Assembly: GCA_040954595.2 (NCBI GenBank)
Contig: CM082577.2
Coordinates: 18,636,303-18,700,302 of the forward strand
Direction of reading: 5' to 3'
Length of the DNA: 64,000 nucleotides
Origin: Balanoglossus misakiensis
Taxonomy: Eukaryota; Animalia; Hemichordata
Shown in pieces: positions 12,386 through 24,560 of the stretch (its first letter is position 1; every line of letters starts with the position of its first letter). A program made the position numbers and the translations under genes. Below the pieces are notes generated by a model. It was not told the origin of the DNA, searched no databases, and worked only from the letters and a program-made list of their open reading frames with translations.

Positions 12386-12680
12386 CTGGAGTGACTAGCA
12401 ATTTTTGCAAATTGTACTATTAATTGAATTCATAATTTAATTATTAGTTTTTTTCAATGAAATATTCAAATCCATACAACCCAAAGATGGCTCCTTCATT
12501 ATTTCTATGGAAATTTCACAGTTTATTCTTTTCTTTCTGCACACTCGCAAACATCTTGAAAATAATCATAGAAAAATATCGAAATATATTGTACTGTGAA
12601 CAAAACACTAATTTCCTTGAAAAAAGTTTAAAAAACGGCTACTTTTCGGAAATTGGAAAATGTTTTCTATACTGTTCTAG

Positions 12681-15600
12681 CTGTCTGATCATCGCAAACA
12701 AATCTTTCTGTGTAGCTTGCCAGTAAGGGGGTGTCCCTCTAATAGGTTTCAAAAACTTGTAACCTTCATCACATTTCAAAATCTCTTGCAAAGATTCTCT
12801 GTCAGTCAAAACATCAGATGTTACTTTTTTCCCACAAGCATGTGCAGTTCCTTTTCTCAATGCAATAGAAACATTAGATACAACCTGCTCAATTTCTGAC
12901 AAATACTGTGAATAGAATATGTAGTCTGTATTTTGTGCAAACCTATTGCTTGCATTCAACAAACGACTTTGCAAATATCGGCCTATAGTAATTTTAATTT
13001 CTCTATCATCATGAAATGTTGGTGACCCAGTTGGAAATAACACTGGAAAGCACTTTGCTTCATTGTATTTCTCCATCATAACACTAACAGGTTCATTACC
13101 TTCTGCAGGAGCAACAGAGATTATAGCATCAAAGTGATAATCAAGAATATCTTGTGCTATATTGACTGGCTGAAAGCATGTGTCCATGAATATTCCGTTA
13201 GTATCTTTCTCAGGCTCATCTCCATCATCTGTATCTGATGATGCATCATCATCAATATCTTTGACATCTGAAGGTTCATCTTTTGTTTTTTCCAGACAAT
13301 TTTCCCAATCCACATTGAATTTCACATCACTATACCACTTGTTCTTTCTTTGTAAATAATCCAATGCATTCTGAATGTGGCTTTTGGTTACAAACTGATA
13401 CTGATAAAAACCCTTGTAAGTCAATTTTCGCTTCAGTTTTACCTTTATCATCTGATCATCCAATTCACCACGTGGCAAAATACTTGTAGCTTTCTCTATA
13501 TTAGATGGCACACATACAACAGGTCCATGGACACCATTCTGACCACCTTTTGGCAATGCAAGCATTTTCATAAACGGAATATGTAATGCAATCAGATGTT
13601 GTTCTAGAGAATTCAGGCATTCCAATTCACGAGGAATTGGGTTTACATGCAGATTGTTTGCAACAGCTTGAACTGGCATCTTTCCACGCAACAGTTTAGT
13701 ATCACATGTGTAACAAATCCACACCTTACCAGCTGCACTATTCTCAAGTGGGCACTCAACAGGACATAATAAACTACATCTATGTACATAATCTTCTCTA
13801 ATGCAATTCTCAGCAATATCACAGGATGCAGTCTTAGTTGCATACTTATCTCCTTTGCAAAGAATTACTTGCTTTCTGAAAAGTCGCCTGTGACAAACAG
13901 AACACACACAGTCAGGACCATTTGATACCTGATTCCGGAAAGCAGCAATAACATGGCCTAAATTTCTCTTTCGAATTTTGTTCTGTTCTATCTTACTTCT
14001 ACTTCTTTCCAATACACTCTCTCCATAATGCGGGTTTTCTTTGTACCTTTGTGAACACTGTCTCTGCTGATTTTCTCTGACCAGGGGAATTTTTCTATAT
14101 TGTTCACAAAATTCTGACTTTTTCTTGTCACGAAATCCTTCATCGTGCTCATATTTGGGAGAAAATCTTGTTTTCTCCGATTGACGAAACAATTCGTCAT
14201 GCTCATATTTCTCTGTGAATTTCACCTTCTTTGCTTCACGATACAGTGTGTCATGCAGGTATTTCTCGGACAACTTCGCCTTCTTTGCTTCACGGAACAA
14301 ACTGTCATGCCGGTACTTCTCTGATGATTTCACCTTCTTTGCCTCACGAAACAATGCGTCATGCTGGTACTTCTGTGAAAATTTCTGTTTCTTAACCTCT
14401 TTGTATGATATATCTTCATGGTACCTTCTTTTCCTTTTCAATTTCAGTTGCTCTCTGATTTCACAATTACTATGATACAACGCACGCTGTCTATCAACCC
14501 TTGTGCCCTTTGTTTTAACATTTGCACTAGGTGCACTTTCCATACTTTGTTTCTGTTGATATTTCACTCTTCTCAGTTCTTTTCGAAGCCGTGTACTCAT
14601 GGGCCTTTTCCTCTTAACTCCTGTTTCAATTCTCAGTGGCTGCAAATTGTCATTCACAATCTCTTTATTTGGACATTTCCTTTGTGAACAAGAAATCTCA
14701 CTACTTGTGACAGATTTGCAGTTGTCAGTCACATTTACAATAGACACTTGTACATCACAATCAGTATGTGTGCAGTGACAGTTTTCCAAGTTAGGTGTTT
14801 TGACACACTCAACGACATCAAAATGATTTTGATTTAGATGATAAATATAGATACCATCACCTCGACTGCAATTCCTCTCATTAAATTGAGTGCAAGGGTG
14901 TTTCCACCATCTGCCAATGGTATGGACATATATGTCAGTATTCAACAAGTTTGCTCCTGCGAAGATTTCAACTTCGGAACCCCAAATGTTAAGGCAATCC
15001 ATTCTAGACTTTTCAATGTAGTCTGCAACTGATGTATATCCCATTGACTTTATGAAATCTAAATATGTATTCTCATTGACTCTCAAGTGATTAAGAATGG
15101 CTTTTCGCATCACTCTGTGATTTCTCTCACTTCCACTTACAGCATATGACAACGCCCGAAACAAACAGTTACCATCACCAACAATTGACTTTATTTTACA
15201 GGGTTCACCAGCTTCCGCACCCTCAATTCCATTTACAGACTCATTATTATTTTCATTATGTAAGTGAAGTTTGTCACATAACTCATGCTGTATCACAGAC
15301 GTAATTGGACAAAATAAATATTCACTGGTTTCGGTACCACCATCTTGTGAATCATTTCCAACACACTCTGTTTCTATAACTCTTGCTATGTTCACATTAT
15401 CAACTTCTCCCATCACATAAGTCTCCTCAACTTCATGCTCAACAGTAATTCCTCTTTGATCACCTTCATCATGTGCAACATCACGTGCCATAGTGTTACT
15501 TACGTCCTCAAAATCTCCAACATGTTCACCATGACCCTGAAGGAGAGCATTATCAGATTTATTTTGCCAGTCATTTAGATCCCGAAGGACACCATCAGAT

Positions 15601-16097
15601 TCATATTGCAAGTCATCTAGATCCCGAAGGACACCATCAGATTCATTTTGCAAGTCATCTAGATCCCGAAGGACACCATAAGAGTTATTTTGCAAGTTCT
15701 TAGCGTCCCGAAGGACATCATTTCCACATTCATTTTGCAAGTTCTTAGCGTCCCGAGGGACATCATTTCCACATTCATTTTGCAAGTTCTTAGCGTCCCG
15801 AGGGACATCATTTCCACATTCATTTTCCAAGTTCTTAGCGTCCCGAGGGACATCATTTCCACATTCATTTTGCAAGTTCTTAGCGTCCCGAAGGACATCA
15901 TTTCCACATTTATTATCCAAGTTCATAAGGTCCCGAGGGACATAATTTCCAGATACATTTTCCACTGTAACAGTGTCATTTTGGTCAAACAGGACAGATT
16001 GGTCCTGAGTGACAATTCCACTGGTTGGTGGGACACGACCCAAACCCAACCGCTTCTTCTGCACATCACTCTTCCTCCAGTACTTCTTACGAGGCAT
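12681..16097 (-). pseudogene. 5' part of interrupted Helentron RepHel-EN gene (N-terminal repeats, OTU protease, Cys-rich region, pre-Rep)
   Basis: OTU motifs VGDGNCLFRALS, WGSEVEI, NHFD; CVCSVCHRRLF. Joins in frame to 9639 (IRQL|GIPTW) when the insertion and one TSD copy are removed. Confidence 0.92.
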
Positions 16098-16379
16098 CTG
16101 AAAAATATTTCAACATGATTACCATCACCAAACAGAAGTTAACAACTCATTGATGATCCAACTGTCCACATTTTGCAGTGCCTTCCCCATTTTAGTGTCT
16201 GCATTACTTGTCCTCATGTTTTTTCCACCATGCAATTGAAATAATACAGGCCTGTCCACAAATAGGATCAATAATACTGGTACATAGGTGAAATATACAT
16301 GTTGAATAGCAGCTATGCTCATCACATTTCTGTACTGTTCGTGTACATCAAACTACACCATAACTCAGGCATTATCATT

Positions 16380-16542
16380 TTCAAGCTGGCACTATTTGTA
16401 CATAAGGCGTATAAACTGAGAGAAGAATTTTTTATTACCATGTAAAGTACTCACTCCCATGATGTATATATATATTTTTGTATTTGTAATTTAAAGCTGC
16501 AATATGGGCCGGAGGCCTTTAAGAGCAATAAATATATTATAA
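16380..16542 (+). mobile_element. Short 5'-truncated retroposed insert (LINE 3'-tail-like) in copy 1 only
   Basis: 163 bp absent from copy 2. Flanked by an 11-bp direct repeat GCATTATCATT (16369-16379, 16543-16553) and ends with AATAAA plus an AT-rich tail. Confidence 0.55.
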
Positions 16543-16899
16543 GCATTATCATTACAGCTGCTACACAACATTTTTAATTCCAACCATGACCCAGGATAGG
16601 ATCACTAATCCTGGTACACAACCACACATGCAGTGCATAAATTCTCAACCAGCTATGTTGACCACACCTCTACAAACTGCAACGCACTTGAAATCATCTG
16701 CTATATCTATAACACTTACCGTCAAATATGTTGTGTCACCAAAAACTGGAAAACAAACCAAATAACCTTATTAGAAAAAAATGTATATCATACAGTGATT
16801 CAACAAAACATACACAAAATCTCCACAAAGTGTGAAACTTACACAACAAAGTTTTCCAGATTTAGTTGAAAATGCCCTTCAAATTTCCATGTATGTTAA

Positions 16900-17249
16900 A
16901 GAGACAAAGTCTCTCTCACGCTGCCCTTTTTCCATCAATTATGTTTGATACAAGACACCGTTTATGTAATTTTACGTGTGGATATATAGTGAATCAACGT
17001 TCAACCACACACAACTTCCATCCTGTTTGTAGGATATCAGAGTCAAAATCTCGCCAAAATGAATAAATGGTAAACACTGATTATTCATTTTGGTGAATTT
17101 TTCACTACCGTGTCTACAAGTGGGATGCACGTAGTGTGTGGTCGAACGTTGATTCTCTTTATATTCACATATAAAAAAATAACACAAACGATGTCTTGTA
17201 TCAAATATAATTAACGGAAAAAGGGCAGCGACAGACAGACTTTGTCCCT
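16900..17249. mobile_element. Palindromic MITE with TTAA TSD (Kolobok-like termini)
   Basis: TTAA-AGAGACAAAGTCTCTCTC...GACAGACTTTGTCCCT-TTAA; the whole element is an imperfect hairpin. Orthologous to 53917-54263. Confidence 0.75.
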
Positions 17250-17856
17250 TTAACAATATTATACATAGCTACAAATACGATTATTAATCAACAAAACTCT
17301 CAGTGAACAAACAATGACACATGTCACTTTCATAGCCAGCCCTCAACAGATTAATATTATTTCACAACAGACAAAACCACACTTGTATTACTTTAATCAA
17401 CCATGTCTACACATTCAAATCGAAGTGAATCAAATAAAATTGATGAACACAGGAATGCCTTCCTCATTTACATAACAGTACACCTTCAAATAAACACCAA
17501 TCATGGCACATCATTTCACAAGTATTTCCAGCATTTTTAAAGTGTCAAACAACTTTTAATATCACACAATATTCCAGAAAACAGCTCAAAACCACACCCT
17601 TCATCCTTTAAGGTCATGGTCAAAAACAACATCAAACACTCACCTTGAGACTGAGATATATCTGTTCAGCGAAATCTGTTAACAGAATAGACAAAAATAT
17701 TACTACTCATTCATTATTTCCCTCAGATAAATCACAACAGAAAAATGTGCAAGCATGTGTATGTAAGTCACAAACATGTCAGTATAAAAATACACATATA
17801 TCATTCAAAATAACCCATACAGAACAGTGTCCTTGTCCACATCGAATAATTAATTT

Positions 17857-18350
17857 AATTATTGCGTAGGCTATCTGCGAAATACATGGTCGCCGCCATA
17901 TTGAATTCGACTGACCTTGTTTATGTGTGAAAATAAAACTATTAAAACCCTAATGAAACTGACATCGCCTCTCATATAATCAAAATCTCACTACCGCCGG
18001 ATCAACTACTACAACTACACAACCGTCACCATCCAGCTTTCAACTCATCCAAATCACCGATGAAGTGATTAACATTTACACCACTTTTACAACTCAGACA
18101 TGTCGCCATAAATTATTGCGTAAGCAACTCTGCAAAACACACGGTCGCCGCCATATTGTATTGGACTTGCCTCTGTACGTGTCAAAATATAACTCAAATT
18201 AAACTGACATCGGCTCTCATATCATCAAAATCACACTACCGCTAGATAAACTACAACTACACAATTGTCACCGCCCACGTTTCCACTCCTTAAAATCACC
18301 GATAAAGCGATTACTACCACTTTCAAAACTTCGACATGTTTAGCGAATTA
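17857..18350. repeat. Two ~250-bp diverged tandem repeats in the Helentron 5' region (three copies at 55257-55975 in copy 2)
   Basis: Recurrent AATTATTGCGTA...GTCGCCGCCATATTG...AAACTGACATCG...ACAACTACACAA blocks. Confidence 0.75.
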
Positions 18351-18648
18351 CACTCACCAGTAATCAGCTGACCCCTACTGTAGACGTATTTCCGTAATCA
18401 CATTCGTTTTCGGATCCGTCAACCTCAAAGCTAGTATGTAGGACAGCTTTGGATTCAAGTGCACACAGGTCAAACAGCCCCTTCCTGCACAAAGTTTCAA
18501 TAGCCATTGTAGCTGTATGTATCACTAGGAGAAGGTATATCAACGCATTACACAAAATCGACCACAATATTGCTTTGATGTTGAACTTAGGTTTGTTGCT
18601 ATGCGCTATTTTGGCTTGGGCCCGCCATTGCTGCTTGGCAGCTATATT

Positions 18649-18860
18649 TAGGGCCCAAGCGCATGCAGCGCTTGGGCCCTATTGTTATTACTGGGTTTTT
18701 TTACGGGCCCAAGCCAAGCCAGGCTTGGGCCCGTATTGGTTTCGTTGGGGTTTTTTACGGGCCCAAGCCAAGCCAGGCTTGGGCCCGTATTGGTTTCGTT
18801 GGGGTTTTTAGGGCCCAAGCGCACGCAAGCGCTTGGGCCCTATTGGTTTCGTTGGAATTT
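18649..18860 (-). repeat. Stack of four Helentron 3'-terminal hairpins
   Basis: GGGCCCAAGC-loop-GCTTGGGCCC followed by (G)TATTG.. at ~18650, 18705, 18758 and 18810. Confidence 0.88.
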
Positions 18861-21800
18861 TTCTTTCTTGCTTGCTTGCTTTCTTTCTTTCTTTCTTTCT
18901 TTATTCTTGTGTCAATTCTTCGGCCAACTAAATCTCTGAAACTACTGCAGGTACACTGCTCAAACTTGCTACAGTGGTCAAGGTCTATGAGTAGATGTGC
19001 AGTGACTTGTGAATACTTAATTAGTCACGTGACCTGGTGGCCATATTGGATTTTCTGAAAAAATGCAAATCTCAGATCTCAGAAACTACAAGTCAGATCG
19101 ACTTCAAATTTGGCATGCAGGTAGACTACCTTCTACCCATCATTTTTGTAATTGGATATTTTGCTGTAAATGTTGCAGTTTTTTTGCTACAATTTTTTTT
19201 CTGAAATCTGGCTTAAATTTCAAAAATCTTCTTCTCCAGAACCGGTGATAACCGAGACACGGGGTTTGGGGTATGTGGTCACCTAACTGATGTCTATCAA
19301 GTTTGCGAAGATCATTGTGATTGGTCGAAGATTATGGCGGCCATATTGGATTTTCGAAAAACCATAGTTAAACTCCAAAAATCTTCTTCTCCAGAACGGG
19401 CGATGACTGAGTCGCAAGATTCGGGGAGTATGGTCACTACACTGATGTCTATCAAGTTTGCAAAGAGCATTGTGATTGGTCGAAGATTATGGCGGCCATA
19501 TTGGATTTTGTAAAAAGCAGTGAAAAATTGAAATTCCTTTTTCTAGTCTAAAAATTGATAGCATGCAAATTCTTTTTATGGATATCAATTGTCATGTGAC
19601 TAAAATATGTTACAATTTTTTGGCGATTTTTCACATGGTCTTTGACCTACATATCACACGTTATTATTTCAGCATATCTAATTCCAGGCTAACCTATAGG
19701 GCTAGACTTTTGGTTTTTGATGCATGTGGATTAGTGTGTGATCAAAATATTTTGCTACTTTTCATGACCCCATTGACCTCTGCTGACCTCATTAATTATG
19801 TGCATAGCTAATTACAGGCGAACCAATAGAGGTAGAGGTTTGGTTTTTGTTGGACACAGACCAGTATGGGATCAAAATTTTTTGCCCAAATGTTGCGTGA
19901 CCTCTGGTGACCTTTGACCTACTTTCGCATATCTCAGCATCCAGAGCAGATACAGCCATGGCATTTGGTAGGATGGGACCAAAATGTAAAGCCACATTTT
20001 TGGGTCACCTGTGACACCTGCTGACCTCATTAAATATGCACATACCTAATTACAGGCGAACCAATAGAGCTAGAGTTTTGGTTTTTGTAGGACATGGACC
20101 AGTACGGGTAAAAAAAAATTGCCCAAATGTTGGGTGACCTCAGGTGACCTTTGACCAACTTCACCCTATTTAAGCAGCAAAAATACACACGTCCTTGTTA
20201 TGTCATGAGATAATACATCCAATAGAAAATTCTGTTTCTTCTCATGCATACTGTGCATATATAATTCAAGATCAGCGCTTGGGCCCGACAATGCTGCTCG
20301 CAGCTTTAATTCTTTCTTTCTTTCTTTATTCTTGGTTCATTTCTTTCGCGCTCTAGATCTCAGACACCGCTGCAGGTACAGTTCTCAAACTTGCTACAGT
20401 GGTCAAGGTCAATGAGTAGATGTGCAGTGACTTGTGAATACTTAATTAGTCACGTGACATGGCGGCCATATTGGATTTTCTGAAAAAATGCAAATCTCAG
20501 ATCTCAGAAACTACAAGTCAGATCGACTTCAGATTTGGCGTGCTGGCAGTATACCCTCTGCCCATCATTTTTGTAATTGGATATTTTGCTGTCAATGTTG
20601 CAGTTTTTTTGCTACAGTTGTTTTTCTGAAATCTGGTCAAAATTTCAAAAATCTTCTTCTCCAGAACCGGCGATAACCGAGTCACGCCGTTTGGGTTATG
20701 TGGTCACCTAACTGATGTCTATCAAGTTTGCGAAGATCATTGTGATTGGTCAAAGATTATGGCGGCCATATTGAATTTTCGAAAAACTATAGTAAAACTT
20801 CAAAAATCTTCTACTCCAGAACGGGCGATAACCGAGTCACAAGATTTGGTGTGTGTGGTCATTAAACGGATGTCTATCAAGTTTGCGAAGGGGAATGTGA
20901 TTGGTTGAAGATTATGGCAGCCATATTGGATTTTGTGAAAAACGATTAAAAAGTAAAAATTCCTTTTCTAGCCTAAAAATTGATAGCACAGAAATTCTTT
21001 TTATGGATATGAATCATCATATGACAAGAATAAGCTATAAATATTTTTGTAATTTTGGCCATGACCTTTGACCTACTTTTGACGAATCATTTTTCTGCAT
21101 ATCTAATTCCAGGCTAACCAATAGGGCTATAAGTTTGGTTTTTGATGTATGTGGATTTGTATGTGATCAAAACATTTTGCTACTTTTCATGACCCCTTTG
21201 ACCTCTGGTGACCTCATTAAATATGCGCATACCTAATTAATGATGAACCAATAGACCTAGAGGTTTTGTTTTTGTTATACATGGACCAGTATGGGGTCAA
21301 AATATTTTGCCCAAATGTTGGGTGACCTCGGGTGACCTTTGACCTACTTAACACTATATTAGCATCAGATCAGATAATAGAGCTTGGGCCCGGACAATGC
21401 TGCTTGCAGCTTTAATCTTTCTTTCTTTCTTTCTTTCTTTCTTTATTCTTGGTTCACTTCTTTCGCGCTCTAGATCTCAGACACCGCTGCAGGTACAGTT
21501 CTCAAACTTGCTACAGTGGTCAAGGTCAATGAGTAGATGTGCAGTGACTTGTGAATACTTAATTAGTCACGTGACATGGCGGCCATATTGGATTTTCTGA
21601 AAAAATGCAAATCTCAGATCTCAGAAACTACAGGTCAGATCGACTTCAGATTTGGCGTGCTGGTAGTATACCCTCTGCCCATCATTTTTGTAATTGGATA
21701 TTTTGCTGTCAATGTTGCAGTTTTTTTGCTACAGTTGTTTTTCTGAAATCTGGTCAAAATTTCAAAAATCTTCTTCTCCAGAACCGGCGATAACCGAGTC

Positions 21801-24421
21801 ACGCCGTTTGGGGTATGTGGTCACCTAACTGATGTCTATCAAGTTTGCGAAGATCATTGTGATTGGTCGAAGATTATGGCGGCCATATTGGATTTTCGAA
21901 AAACCATAGTAAAACTTCAAAAATCTTCTTCTCCAGAACGGGCGATAACCGAGTCACAAGATTTGGTGTGTGTGGTCATTAAACAGATGTCTATCAAGTT
22001 TGCGAAGGGGAATGTGATTGGTCGAAGATTATGGCGGCCATATTGGATTTTGTGAAAAACGATTAAAAAGTAAAAATTCCTTTTCTAGCCTAAAAATTGA
22101 TAGCACAGAAATTCTTTTTATGGATATGAATCATCATATGACAAGAATAACCTATAAATATTTTGGTAATTTTGGCAATGACCTTTGACCTACTTTTGAC
22201 GCTTCATTTTTCTGCATATCTAATTCCAGGCTAACCAATAGGGCTATAAGTTTGGTTTTTGATGTATGTGGATTTGTATGTGATCAAACAATTTTGCTAC
22301 TTTTCATGACCCCTTTGACCTCTGCTGACCTCATTAAATATGCATATACCTAATTACAGATGAACCAATAGACCTAGAGGTTTTGTTTTTGTTATACATG
22401 GACTAGTATGGGGTCAAAATATTTTGCCCAAATGTTGGGTGACCTCGGGTGACCTTTGACCTACTTTTGCATATCTCGACATCCACACCAGATACAGCCT
22501 TGGCGTTTGGAGGTATGGGGCCATAATGAATAGCCAAAGTTTTGGGTCACCTGTGACACCTGCTTTACTCATTATTTATGTGCATACCTAATTCCGGGCT
22601 AACGAAAATGGCTAGAGGTCTGGTTTTTGTTGGACATGGACCACTATGGGTCAAAATTTTCTGCCAAAATTTTGAGTGACCTCAGATGACCTTTGACCTA
22701 CTTTTGCATATCTCGGCATCCAAAGCAGGTACAGCGTTGGCATTTGGAGGTATGGGGCCATAATGAAAAGCCAAAGTTTTGTGTCACCTGTGACACCTGC
22801 TTTACTCATTATTTATGTGCATACCTAATTCCGGGCTAACCAAAAGGGCTAGAGGTCTTGTTTTTGTTGGACATGGACCACTATGGGTCAAAATGTTCTG
22901 CCCAAATTGTGGATGACCCCTGGGTGACCTTTGATGTTTCTACTCATTAATTATGTGCATATCTAATAATCAGATCAGATAATAGAGCTTGGGCCCGGAC
23001 AATGCTGCTTGCAGCTTTAATCTTCTACTTCTTCTTTTTCTTCTTCTTCTGTCGTTTTCTTTGGAGAGGTAGATCTGGAAAACTGCTAAACCTAACAATT
23101 TCAAACTTGGCACAATGGTGCAGGCCAATGAGAGCTAGTGCAGTACCCTTGTGAATGTTAAATTAGTCACGTGACCTGATGACCATATATGGGCAAAATT
23201 TCCAAATCGGCCTTATTTGCATATGAATGGAGATATCAAAATTCTTTTAGCAACTTTTGCGGACCATGTGGTCAGTGTCCTACTTGCCAAATGTCAAGGC
23301 CATTGGCCATGCCAATTTTGAGAAGAAGATTTTTAAGTATTATTTTTCATATTTTTCGCCCAAGCCATCGGCCTATACTATACATAGTAAAGCTATGACC
23401 ACATATTATTTTGGATAAATATGCATACATATCTCAAAATCTGTTAGGCCAATCATGTCCAACTTTGGTGTGCAGCTAGACTAGCATTTGTCAATAATTT
23501 TAAGCGAAAAAAAATAATATGAAAAATCGACGGATTTTTTTATATTAATTTTTTAAATAAATTTATACCTTTACTTATACCTCTATGTCCATGTCTTATT
23601 GTGGAATTCTGGTCTGTGCAATAATCCTGTACAGTGACTGTCTATTGGTCAGTGAGCACAATGGCACCAAAATAAAAGGCACAATTTTAGGCTCACCTGT
23701 AACACCTGCTTAACTCGTTAATTATGTGCATACCTAATTCTGGGCTAACTAAGACGGGTAGAGGTTTCGTTCTTGTTAGACATGGACCAGTATAGGGTCA
23801 AAATTTCTTGCCCAAATTTTGGGTGACCTCAGGTGACCTTTGACCTACTTTCCTATATCTCGGCAACCAGAGCAGGTACAGACTTGGCGTTTGGAGGGTT
23901 GGGACTAAAATTGAAAAGCCAAAATGGGGGTCACCTGTGACACCTGCATATCTCATTAATTATGTGCATACCTAATTCCAGGCTAACCAATAGGGCTATA
24001 GGTTTGGTTTTTGTTGAACATGGACCAGTATAGGGTCAAAATTTCTTGCCCAAATTTTGTATGACCTCAGGTGACCTTTGACCTACTTTACCAGATCTTG
24101 GCATCCAGAGCAGGTACAGACTTGGCGTTTGGAGGGTTGGGGCTAAAATTGGAGGGGCAAAATTGGGGATCACCTGTGACACCTGCCTACCTCATTAATT
24201 ATGTGCATACCTAATTCCAGGCTAACCAATAGGGCTATAGGTTTGGTTTTTGTTGAACATGGACCAGTATAGGGTCAAAATTTCTTGCCCAAATTTTGCA
24301 TGAACTCAGGTGATCTTTGACCTACTTTACCATATCTTGGCATCCAGAGCAGATATGCTTATTGCTATGTTGCTATGTGCTATGTCGGCTTAGGCCCGCT
24401 ATTGCTGCTTGCAGCTATATT
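18861..24421 (-). mobile_element. Four non-autonomous Helentron bodies (B 18861-20311; B' 20312-21416; B' 21417-23021; A 23022-24421)
   Basis: Each begins in a (CTTT)n/(CTT)n tract and ends in a GCTT(G/A)GGCCCG..TGCTGCT(T/C)GCAGCT(TTAAT/ATATT) terminus. Confidence 0.82.
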
Positions 24422-24528
24422 TAGGGCACAAGCCCCACAGGCTTGTGCCCTATTGGTATTGTTGGCTTTTTTTTAGGGCCCAAGCCCAGCAGGCTTGGGC
24501 CCTATTGGTATTACTGGGATTTTTCTTC

Positions 24529-24560
<32 letters not shown>

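Larger units (their letters stand above)
9640..12676. mobile_element. Non-autonomous TIR (foldback-like) DNA transposon, 3037 bp
   Basis: Perfect 34-bp TIRs AACAGTATAGAAAACATTTTCCAATTTCCGAAAA. CTAG is duplicated at 9636-9639 and 12677-12680 (equally readable as a TA TSD with a 35-bp TIR). The empty site ATACCTAGCTGTC is seen in copy 2 at ~49801-49813. Confidence 0.93.
16720..18560 (-). other. Predicted spliced 5' leader of the RepHel gene, copy 1: exon 1 (ends 18358), micro-exons 17644-17661 (18 nt) and 16720-16745 (26 nt)
   Basis: Donors CTG/GTGAGT, AAG/GTGAGT, ACG/GTAAGT. Acceptors AACAG, TTTTCCAG, and TTTTTCAG directly before the ATG at 16097. All are conserved in copy 2. Confidence 0.6.
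997..18648 (-). mobile_element. Helentron (Helitron2-type) copy 1, interrupted by a TIR transposon; its 3' hairpin lies left of the window
   Basis: Split RepHel-EN ORF. 5' terminus GCTTGGGCCCGCCATTGCTGCTTGGCAGCTATATT at ~18614-18648. 3' subterminal family-A body with ~240-bp repeats at ~1000-2550. Colinear with copy 2 (41126-56273). Confidence 0.88.

Noticed and set aside
10121-12423. ORFs 10121-10963 (280 aa), 11911-12423 and 11990-12346 as repeat proteins, or the 69-bp arrays as CRISPR
   Set aside because: Open frames arise from a stop-free 69-bp unit (a multiple of 3). Units are invariant with no spacers.
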